Source: Octopus vulgaris
Taxonomy: Eukaryota
Assembly: GCA_951406725.2 (NCBI GenBank)
Contig: OX597836.1
Location: forward strand, 47,244,001 to 47,308,000
Direction of reading: 5' to 3'
DNA length: 64,000 bases
Numbering within the stretch: position 1 is the first letter of the stretch; every line of letters begins with the position of its first letter. The notes below the pieces were generated by a model, which saw only the letters and a program-made list of their open reading frames with translations, was not told where the DNA came from and ran no database searches. Shown here one piece after another: positions 53,419 through 64,000 of the stretch. The translations under genes and the position numbers were made by a program.

Positions 53419-55277
53419 GATTATTATTGAGTGAGAGAGCAGTGCATGCCATCAAAGTGGCACTGGGGTAAAATATACGAAGCCCAGTATACCCATCATG
53501 ACTACCCGTCTGATAAGGGTACACCAATCACATGCATCACAACCATATGTGCGCGACATGGTGATCTCCTATCAAGATAAATAGCACATGACCTTGCAGG
53601 TGGGGCCCAGTTAGAATTTTCTTCTGGTTGGGTAACCCATCCCACTCAAAAGGTCCCTAATTAAGGGTTGTTTAAGGATGTTGAATGAAACACCCATGTT
53701 TCCAGAGGTGAATCATTCAAATACCAAAGAATCCCTCTCAACACATGGCTATGATGCTCCCCCACTACTTCTTACGGTCAAACAACTGACAAGCAAATCT
53801 GTGGTATTGAGCAGAATATTTGCTGTAGCCCATCTTTTATACCAAGACAAAACAATGTACATGATAACACTTCCAATCAGTTAATGAAAATAATATTGGT
53901 GACATTTTGCATGGATAATATTGCAGATTAGCTTCAATTTCAAATAATTTCAATCAGTCTATTCCTGTTCCTCAATAAATATAGATTCTTCGCTGATTAT
54001 CTTAGCTCTGGGAGTTTATTTTGTGGCTTTACAACCAGTTTTAGTGTTTGTAGGGTTGCATTATTTATGCACACCTGAGTTCCTAAACATCCTCTGTAAC
54101 ATGCTAATTAGTAGCATAATATAGTGACAAGGTGTATGATTGTGTATCATCATCATATGGCTCTTAACCAGGCACTTTCAGTGCAAGAATCATGGACATT
54201 CCAACCAGAAACGCATACTTCCATCCTGATTTTCAATTTTCTTTTTCTTTTCTTCTTTCTCCTGAATATAACAAATATTAGAATAAAGCAATAATTCTTG
54301 ATCAAGAAATGTTCTCTCTGCTTATCATTAACATCTAAACAGAGTGTGACTCTAAGAAGAGTGACTGCATTAAAGAAAAATCCAATATTTTTTTAGTAAA
54401 TAAGTTATTTATTCAGAATATATTTTAGATATTTCTATAATAACAACCGTTTTCACACTGCCATTCTCAAGATATTTTGTAACAGATTAACAACACAATA
54501 TGTAATCACTCATGTGCAAACACATTCATACACACAACTTAAATGCTGGCCGTACGAAATAGTTTAACTGGTGATCCACCTACCATTGCAAGTTCACCAG
54601 CAGGTAGCATGGAGTCATCACCTTACCGTATCAAAGGTCAAGACACTAACTTCTCTAATTGAGCAGGCTTATGGTCAAACATATTCTAATCTTGGACATT
54701 AGAAACAACATTGTTCCATGTAGCTTTCTTGATTTTGAAAGCTAGAACTGAGAGAGATTTAACTGCTATTTCTAGCTATCCAGATGACCATGTAGAAGTT
54801 CCCATTTACTCATTACCCTCAACTGGCTATAACTGTCAGTTGTATATTTGTCATACTTCAGCCTTTGACACTTGGTATAAAGTCAAGTGTCTTCTATTAT
54901 AACCCTAGGCCAACCAAAGCCTTGTGAGTGGATTTAAAGGTGGTGTATACTGTGGGAATTAGTGTAACCCCATTATTATAAAGATTGGACATATTAGAAA
55001 TATTGGTGATAGAGATAGTAGATTTCTAATCCTTTGAGAGCTGGTTAATCCCGTGTGGCTGCTGGTGTAATCCCTACTAATTGTAACTAGTACTATTATT
55101 AGTATCACCTTTATTTACTTTTAACCTGCATGTTTGTTGTAATCATTTACTGAGGCACTCCCTGCACCCTGGGGCAAGTGAAGGTTCAGAGATGTTAAAA
55201 TATAAATGAAAGCTTGGGGAGGGGAAGTGGTGGAACAGTAGTGAAATACCTCCATATATAGCAACACAAATATTTAA

Positions 55278-55497
55278 CCCTTTCATTACTGAATTTATTT
55301 TGAGATGTTCTGTGTTTCTTTCAATTACTTTAAATATAACAAAGAATTTAGTAAAATAACTTTGTTATCATTAAGCTAGTGTTGGGAACATAAATTGTGA
55401 CTAAGGCTTGGTGGAAGATTTTAATCCAAAACTTACGAAAACAAGGCATTTGAAAACAAAACCAGAGCCGGCTTCAGCCGGGTTGGTAACAAAAGGA
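55278..55497. mobile_element. piggyBac-like MITE
   Basis: TTAA-CCCTTTCATTAC ... GTAACAAAAGGA-TTAA; imperfect TIRs. Confidence 0.55.
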
Positions 55498-55932
55498 TTA
55501 AAATGATAGGGTTTTTCTAAGGATATGAGCAGCACCTGTCAGCACAAACCTTTAGATTTCTTTGAGACATGGTTGTGTAGCCCCAGGTTAACTTTGCTTG
55601 GAAAGACTTACAATGAAAAGTATTCCAGCCATGATCCCACCTTTTCAGAACTACCAAAATTATCTAATTTGTACTTTCCTTATATAAGATGGGATTTGAG
55701 TAAGAACTGGCACCAAGTTATCAAAATATGCATATAGAGGTCGCTCTATAGAGCTAATTATTGAGAACTGGGCTACCGACAGACACGGGTTATCTGATAT
55801 TCAACTTGAATTTTGCATGTATTTTGATTGTCAGATTTGAAAACTATCTCCCACAGTTTATATCTAATGAATGATGTTACCAGGCAGTTTGAGTAAATGG
55901 GTTTAAGCGTAGCAACAACATTGCTGGGTTCT

Positions 55933-56093
55933 TTAAACATCCCTTTCCTCTGTCAAAGAGTTGCCTTTGTCCAACTTCAGAGACCAGCCATTAAAATAGA
56001 TATACACTGAAATTGGTATCAAGGCCAAACCACCAACAACACCTCCACAGTAGTAGCTGAAGTCATAGCTACCGGTCAAAGAACTAACTTCAC
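55933..56093 (-). CDS. Terminal coding exon of an SLC16/MCT-like MFS transporter
   Basis: tttgcag acceptor, phase 1; GEVSSLTGSYDFSYYCGG (last TM helix) ... TAA. Confidence 0.85.
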
Positions 56094-56208
56094 CTGCAAA
56101 TAGAAAACAATAAAGAATATTGTGTAAACAAAATGAAAATTTGACAAATAAGTAATTCAAAACAATTTCATGTCCATGATACACACACAAACAAGATTAC
56201 TAAGTAAC

Positions 56209-56217
<9 letters not shown>

Positions 56218-56239
<22 letters not shown>

Positions 56240-56520
56240 GTTTAACATCCGTTCTCCATGCTAGCATGGGTTGGATGGTTCGACCGGGGATCTGGGAAGC
56301 CAGAAGGCTGCGCCAGGCTCCAGTCTGATCTGGCAATGTTTCTACAGCTGGATGCCCTTCCTAACGCCAACCACTCCAAGAGTGTAGTGGGTGCTTTTTA
56401 CGTGCCACCTGCACAGGTGCCAGGTGAGGCTGGCAACGGCACGATCGGATTGGTGCATTTTACGTGCCACCGGCAGGGAAGCTAGTCAAGGTGGCACTGG
56501 CATCGGCCAAATCCGGAGAT
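56218..56520 (-). mobile_element. (GAT)n-tailed retroposon; related copies at 62390-62700 (-) and 62700-62980 (+)
   Basis: Shared tail CCCATGCTAGCATGGA...GTTAAACGATGATGAT. Confidence 0.75.
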
Positions 56521-56786
56521 AATAACTCAATCTGAACTTGTTCAGGTTGATCAGGTGCCCTACTGCATAGGGGTTTCCACCACTTGAGGGCAATTATAAA
56601 ACAAGTTCAGATTGTATTAGTATTGTTGTTGTTAACATGGAAACACATAGAAGCCCTATATTTGGCCCTTCTGCCACCATTAGTGACATGTCTCTTTGGA
56701 TTTCTCAGAAAAAGTAACACTCTCCCATGAAAACTCAAGGGTAACAGACAACTGGACTGGCCTAACAAACTATATACATATAATTA

Positions 56787-57158
56787 TTTACGCTATTCAC
56801 ATTCGACGGATATTTGTTCTCATCTTGTTTGTTGTTAACACGTTTCGGCTGATATACCCTCCAGCCTTCTTCAGGTGTCTTAACCACTATGCCATATGCC
56901 CATGGGCATATGGCATAGTGATTAAGAGTGAGGGCTACTAACCCCAAGATTCTGAGTTCGATTCCAAGCAGTGACCTGAACAACAACAACGCCGACGACA
57001 ACCTTAGGAATGAGAACCCAGGTTCGAAATTTCCCCAAGACACCTGAAGAAGGCTGGAGGCTATATCAGCCGAAATGTTGTGTTAACAACAAACAAGATG
57101 AGGACAAATATCCATCGAATGTAAGTAATGTAAATAATTCCTCATCTCTTAAATATAG
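56787..57158. mobile_element. Head-to-head dimer of a tRNA-headed, hammerhead-tailed short retroelement
   Basis: Full unit 56903-57158 (+) and deleted unit 56902-56787 (-); 19-bp flanking duplication AACTATATACATATAATTA. Confidence 0.75.
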
Positions 57159-57559
57159 AACTATATACATATAATTACATATAAATATATATATATATAA
57201 GTGCATTGTTGAGTGTTGGGCTCACAGCCATGAGGTAGTGATTTCAATTTGCAGATTGGGTTGTGTGTTGTGTTCTTGAGCAAGATACTTTATTTCATGT
57301 TGCTCCAGTTCACTCAGCTGTAGAAATGCAACATCACTGGTGCCAAGCTGTATCGGCCTCTTTGCCTTTCCCTTGGATAACATCAGTGGTGTGTTGAGGG
57401 GAGGCTGGTATGCATGAGTGACTGCTAGCCTTCCATAAACAACCTTGCCCGGACTTGTGCCTGGCAGGGTAACTTTCTAGGTGCAATCCCATGGTCATTC
57501 ATGACCGAAGGGGTGTCTTTATTCTTTATCCTCTGTGTGTGAGTGTGTGTGTACATATA

Positions 57560-57760
57560 TAAGAGGGGGTGCCGGAAATTCCTTTAAGGGTATTGCAAAA
57601 AGCCTGGTGGAGGCCCAACCCTCCAAGTTCATTTGCAGGGCTTAGAAAAACTGAAGGCCTACTGAAGGACAATAAATGTGTGAATCTGAGAAGGGAATAT
57701 GTTGAATAAAATCAAAATTAACTGATCCTCCTGTACCAGGAACTTTTCAACACCCCTTGT
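57560..57760. mobile_element. Mariner-derived MITE; partial copy at 59135-59290
   Basis: Imperfect TIRs AGGGGGTGCCGGAAATTCCT / AGGAACTTTTCAACACCCCT; repeated copy. Confidence 0.6.
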
Positions 57761-57791
57761 GTGTGTATGTATGTGTGTTTGTGAATGTATG

Positions 57792-57847
<56 letters not shown>

Positions 57848-58175
57848 TAAGATCAACAAAAAATATTCCATCCAGTGAGAGATAAATATCATTTAATGTA
57901 CACAGTATAAAGATGTGAGCTACCAATAGTTTCATGCTTTGGAGAGGCATTCAGAAATAGGGAGAAAAATGAAGTGTACAATTTTAAGTCAGCTCATTTG
58001 GAGTTTAAAAGATAAAGATACTAAATATGACATTGAATGCCAGTGGTTATTTGTACATTATTTCTTAGAACCAGTTTAATAGCTTATTTTGTGGTCCTAG
58101 CATTTACAATCCCATGGACTGAAACCAGTAAAGTAACAAAAAGAATTTAAAAAATATGTATAAGAAATGACTCAC

Positions 58176-58348
58176 CAACAATTGGTCCCAAAAGGGCTAC
58201 AGAAATACCCCACAGACTGAGAGTGTACCCAAGGGCCTGTGAATATTTTTCCATTGGCACTAAGTCAATCAAAGACAACATGAAGTAACTGAAACGTAGA
58301 CCAAATATAATGCCAACTGTTGCAACCATTGCCATCAGACTATAAAAG
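58176..58348 (-). CDS. Internal exon of the SLC16/MCT-like transporter
   Basis: tttcag acceptor, GTGAGT donor; 173 nt, phase 2 to phase 1, matching both neighbours; FYSLMAMVATVGIIFG...LIDLVPMEKYSQALG...LLGPIVG. Confidence 0.88.
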
Positions 58349-58697
58349 CTGAAACGAAAAGAATTCACAATTGAAATTGTTAAATCATATCTAGAAAAAA
58401 ATATTGGTTTTTAAGACATTGGACCCCAAAGTTAGAGTACGAGAATATTCTGTTATATTGACCCGAGTACCTGGTAGTACTTTATTTTATTCTCTTTTAT
58501 TCTTTTACTCATTTCAGTCATTTGACTGTAGCCATGCTGCAGCATCGCCTTTAGTCGAGCGAATCGACTCCAGGACTTATTCTTTGTAAGCCTAGTACTT
58601 ATTCTATCGGTCTTTTTTGCCGAACCGCTAAGTTACGGGGGCATAAACACGCCAGTATCGGTTGTCAAGCGATGTTGGGGGAACAACCACAGACACA

Positions 58698-58883
<186 letters not shown>

Positions 58884-60316
58884 TACGACGGGCCTCTTTC
58901 AGTTTCCATCTACCAAATCCACTCACAAGGTTTTGGTTGACCCAAGGCTATCGTAGAAGACACTTGCCCAAGATGCCACGCAGTGGGACTGAACCCGGAA
59001 CCATGTGGTTCGTAAGCAAGCTACTTACCACACAGCCACTCTAAGAAGTTTGCTTTGTTACTGTATGTTTTTTCATTTATCCAATCCCAGCCTCTATCCA
59101 CTGTCATTTTAATACATAATTTCAATAAAGGACATACAAGAGGGTGCTGAAAAGTTCCTGGCTTTAAGGGTTTCACGAAAAGCCTGGTTGGAGACCCAAC
59201 CTTCTGAGTTCTTTTACAGGGCTTAGAAAAACTGAAGGACTATTGCAATAAGTGTGTGAATCTGAGAGAATATAATCATAATTAACTGATAGACGCAGGA
59301 GTGGCTGTGTGGTAAGTAGCTTGCTTACCAACCACACGGTTCCGGGTTCAGTCCCACTGCGTGGCAGCTTGGGCAAGTGTCTTCTACTATAGCCTCGGGC
59401 CGACCAAAGCCTTGTGAGTGGATTTGGTAGACGGAAACTGAAAGAAGCCCGTCGTATATATGTATATATGTATGTGTGTGTTTGTGTGTCTGTGTTTGTA
59501 CCCCTAGCATTGCTTGACAACCGATGCTGGTGTATTTACATCCCCGTAACTTAGCGGTTCGGCAAGAGATCGATAGAATAAGTACTGGGCTTCCAAAGAA
59601 TAAGTCCTGGGGGTCGATTTGCATGACTAAAGGCGGTGCTCCAGCATGGCCACAGTCAAATAACTGAAACAAGTAAAAAGAGATCCTCTTGTATTTTCTT
59701 TTACCCAAAGCCAACAACTTTTCAGCATCCCATTGTATATCACATTGCAATGTTGGGACATGGCCATACAATCTGATGGTGCTGCCTTTAAAAGGAACCT
59801 TCCTCTCCACAATAGTTTCAGGTTGGCCAATGCTTTGAGAGTGAAATTTGATAAACTGAAACTGCATGGAAGCCCATCACTTTGCTTAAAGTTCCCACTC
59901 TTATTCCTATTCTCTCACTGTCTCTCTCCCCCTCTCTCTCTCCCTCTTCCCCTCTCTCTCTCTCTCTCAGCTGTGGGAGATCTTTAGTTTTTCCATTTAC
60001 AAATCAGCATCTCAATAATGTTGGTACTGCAAAAATAACCAAAAAAAAAAACCCCACTCATTACAATTCCTAAAGTGATTAGCAAATCAAAGCAGAGGCA
60101 ATGCTAGTTTCAGAGGAATATTTGTCAATCTTTGTAGTGCTGCTGTCACTTTGGCCCACCAACCCCACTGCCAAATCGACCCCAGGGTTTATTTTTTATG
60201 TCTAGTACTTATTCTATCAGTTTCTTTTGCCGAGCCACTAAGTTACAGGGATGTAAACACACCAACTCTGGTTATCGAGTGGTGATGGGAAGACTAACAC
60301 AGACACACACACTGAT

Positions 60317-60366
<50 letters not shown>

Positions 60367-60564
60367 TCTTTTACTTATTTCAGTCACTTGACTATGGTCA
60401 TGCTGGAGCACTGCCTTTAGTAGAGCAAATCAACTGCAGGACATATTCTTTGTAAGCCTAGTACATATTCTATCGGTCTCTTTTGCCAAACTGCTAAGTT
60501 ATGGGGACGTAAACACACCAGCATCAGTTGTCAAGTGATGTTGGGGGGACAAACACAGACACAC

Positions 60565-60601
<37 letters not shown>

Positions 60602-60840
60602 GGCTATAGTAGAAGACACTTTCCCAAGGTGCCACGCAGTGGGACTGAACCCGGAACCATGTGGTTGGTAAACAAGCTACTTACCACACAGCCACTCCTA
60701 TGAACATTCATTGTCTGAATTTTTCAGTCTTTATCTAACCCAAGTGGTTTTATTTGTTTATTTGCATCATTATCTATCTATCTATAGATAGATAAATAGA
60801 CAGATTTATATATATATATATATATATATAATAGTTATTT

Positions 60841-61102
60841 GAGGGAATATTAATCCTAACTTACAGGGAAAAAATTCAATTTAGAAATACTAAATCAAAT
60901 TTCACACAATATAATATATATAAAAATTAGAAAAAAAACACCTTTTATCAATTCAAAATAAACAATTAAATTACACCATCTAGAAAATTACATATAATAG
61001 AAATATTAAAATTAAAATAACAATAAAATACTGATGATTAAGTAAATTGCAAAAAAATAATAAAAACGTATATAATTGGTAGAATAACAACACGTGTTTC
61101 AT

Positions 61103-61110
<8 letters not shown>
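60841..61110. mobile_element. AT-rich Penelope-type terminal repeat copy in (TA)n
   Basis: Shares CTTACAGGGAAAAA...TTCAATTTAG...CTAAATCAAATTTCAC with 26276 and 63380; half-hammerhead GAAACACGTGT on the minus strand at about 61090. Confidence 0.6.
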
Positions 61111-61169
<59 letters not shown>

Positions 61170-61462
61170 TGTATTATATGTGTTTTACTTAACCCAGTTC
61201 TTTCTTTAGCACTGTCATCTGGCCCTTGAGTGTGGAGTACATTCTGTTGCAAAGCCTCTTGAGGGATCACGATATACTGATATGCTATTTTATACAGCAG
61301 TAACCGACCAGTTGTGGATATTTTCTTATTTTTACGTCTTCCAGCTACCTCAAAGATCCTTAAAAAGAGTCACCACTGCACCCTTCTTTCACTATTTAAG
61401 CTATAAAAAAAAACCCACAAACAAAACAAAAACTAACAATTAGAAAAACTATGTTCACTCAC

Positions 61463-61838
61463 CTGTTGCTGAGGGGAATACACCCATGTAGGATTGTAGC
61501 AGCCACACAGAATAATATAAACATTACAACATTTGAGAATTTGTGAAATGTTTTAACTAAAAGAGCCAAAAATCGTGATATAATTGCTGCAACTCCTAAA
61601 GTTGTCAGAAGACTTGAGCTTTCCACTAAAGAGTAGCCTCGATTTTCACCAAAATCAACAATTAAAAGATGGATGAGATAATTGGCGCTCCAAGTCACTG
61701 CTGATGTCAAAGCAAACAATTGAAAACGTCCGGTTTTAAACAGTTGCATATCAAACGGACAGCATTGAGTGCATTTTTTTTTCAATGAAACTTTTTCATT
61801 CCCTTCTTCCTTAGGGGGACGTTTAGTCTTTGGTAAAC
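61463..61838 (-). CDS. Internal exon of the SLC16/MCT-like transporter (central loop to about TM9); upstream exons not identified in this window
   Basis: atttcag acceptor, GTGAGT donor; 376 nt, phase 1 to phase 2; FDMQLFK...F.LF...DFGENRGYS...SSLLT.LG...IISR. Confidence 0.88.
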
Positions 61839-62356
61839 CTGAAATAAGAGAAAACATCCTCAAACTGTAAATAATGCATTATTTAGAGGAAGAGAATAAA
61901 ATTCAACAAAATTAACTAACGAGGGTGTTTCTACATGGTTGATCACTTTTCCAGAAGTAGCAGCTGAACATTATGGCCAACTAATTAGCAGAGTTGTTAG
62001 AAGGGTGGATAGACTGCCATGGGTTATTTTCTCTGATTCTTTGTGCTCTGAGTTCAAATCTCACCTGAGGCAAATTTGCCTTTCATCCTTTCAGGAGTTG
62101 ATAAAAAAGGTACCAATCAAGATGGAAATTCAAGACTATAAGAAAGTTGAACTAGATACCTTGTGGTATTTTTCTCTGGCCTTTGAGGTCTGAGTTCAAA
62201 TCCTGCTTCTGGATGGATGGCTTAACCCAATTTAACACCAACACTTGATGACAGCTTGGGTGTCTTTAATTCCTCTCTAGTACACATCTTGCAGAGATGC
62301 CTTTCCATATGTAGGATGGTGAAGACCACACCACTGGCTATTTCAAATTGTAGTTA

Positions 62357-62390
<34 letters not shown>

Positions 62391-62983
62391 CATCATCATT
62401 ATCATCATCATCCTTTTACGTCTGCCTTCCATACTGGCATGGGTGGGACAGTTTGACAAGAGCCAGCTATGCTGAAGCCTGCACCAAACATCTGTGTTTT
62501 GGCAGGATTTTTACAGCCCTTCCTAACATCAACCACCCAGCAGAGTGGACTTAGTGCTTTTTATGTAGCACAAACACAGGCGGGGTCAGTTTTGGCAAGG
62601 TTTTTACAACTGGATGCCCTTCCAAACACCAACTACTTTACAGTGTGAACTGGATGCTTTTAAGTGGCACCTGCACTGACAGGGTCACAAAATAACTTGC
62701 ATTGCCAGCCTCGTCTGGCACCTGTGTTGGTGGCACATAAAAACACCATCCGAGCGTGGCCGTTCGCCAGCCTCGTCTGGCACCTGTGTCGGTGGCACAT
62801 AAAATCACCCACTACACTCTCGGAGTGGTTGGCGTTAGGAAGGGCATCCAGCTGTAGAAACACTGCCAGATCTGACTGGCCTGGTGCAGCCTTCGGGCTT
62901 GCCAGACCCCAGTTGAACCGTCCAACCCATGCTAGCATGGAAAGCGGACGTTAAACGATGATGATGATGATGATGATGATATA

Positions 62984-63349
62984 CTAGCACTATGACCCAA
63001 CATTGCTGGGTCATAGCGCTAGTGCATGCATATACAGCTGCATGCATGCACACATACACATGAGTACTATCCAAATCTCCGACCAATCACAGCTAGCTGG
63101 CATTCAATTGGTGTATGAAGTTTCGGGCATTTTGACTGGGTTTTGGATAGAAAATTCACAAAAAAGTCACTTCTATTGATTTTTTAATGGCTTTGCGGGG
63201 TGACCGGGGAAATGTAAAAATGTGCACGACCACCCTTGGATGGTTTTGAATGAGCATAGAAAGTGTGAGCCCTCTAACTGAAAAATTGTGGATTTGTATA
63301 AAGGACACACACACACAGACAGACATTTTGCTGTTTATAAATATAGAGA
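62984..63349 (-). mobile_element. Non-autonomous Helitron (second family)
   Basis: Minus strand starts TC and ends CTAG with a subterminal hairpin (CTATGACCCA...TGGGTCATAG); A|T insertion. Confidence 0.75.
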
Positions 63350-63379
63350 TAATAATGATAAAAATAATAATAATAATAT

Positions 63380-63692
63380 TAGGGAATATTATTCCAAACT
63401 TACAGGGAAAAATTCAATTTAGTAATACTAAATCAAATTTCACAATATATAATATATGTATATAAATTAGAGAAAAACCACCTTTTATCAATTCAACAAT
63501 GAAATAACAATGATATAATTAAATTATACCATATAGAAAAAAATTAGATATACAATATTTTTATCGGACCACCTTTTATCAATATACGATAAAAATATTG
63601 TATATTTAATTTTTTTCTATATGGTATAATTTAATTATATCATTGTTATTTCATTGTAGAATTGATAAAAGGTGGTTTTTCTCTAATTTATA
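63380..63692. repeat. Fold-back copy of the AT-rich terminal repeat (about 105-bp arms)
   Basis: 63461-63566 is inverted at 63587-63692, with a 20-nt loop. Confidence 0.9.
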
Positions 63693-64000
63693 TATATATA
63701 TATATATATACTCTTTTACTTGTTTCAGTCATTTGAGTGTGGCCATACTGGAGCACCACCTTTAGTTGAGCAAATCGACCCCCAGGACTTATTCTTTGTA
63801 AGCGTAGCACTTATTCTATCAGTCTCTTTTTGCCAAACCACTAAGTTACGGGGACGTAAACACACTAGCATCAGTTGTCAAGCAATGTTGGGGGGGGGGG
63901 GATAAACACAGACACACAAACATATACTCACTCATACTTATATATATATATATATATACATATATACGACGGGCTTCTTTCAGTTTCCATCTACCAAATC

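Overview
Eukaryotic (animal) genomic DNA: AT-rich, microsatellite-dense and dominated by transposable elements. The SINE families and repeat landscape suggest an octopus/cephalopod genome (inference only). Host genes: an intact intronless TRPT1/Tpt1 ORF (45399-46001 +), the last three coding exons of an MFS monocarboxylate-transporter (SLC16-like) gene (- strand, 55933-61838, phase-consistent GT-AG junctions), a processed POMT1 pseudogene split by a MITE, and a tRNA-Leu(AAG) pseudogene that appears to have retroposed fused to a SINE. TEs include R4/Dong LINEs in (TAA)n arrays; Penelope-like elements; L1/Tx1, RTE and CR1 fragments; mariner and Tigger transposases; Helitrons; Merlin-like, hAT-like and piggyBac-like MITEs; and dozens of tRNA-derived SINEs. 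The most interesting signal is non-coding. About nine distinct minimal hammerhead-ribozyme-like motifs with palindromic stem III occur here, several in fold-back inverted repeats and three with a CCGACG core variant. One is joined to a tRNA-like Pol III head in a head-to-head dimer (56787-57158), a candidate Penelope-mobilised ribozyme-SINE. Most ORF-track entries are microsatellite or SINE artefacts. All family assignments come from motif recognition by eye, with no database searches.
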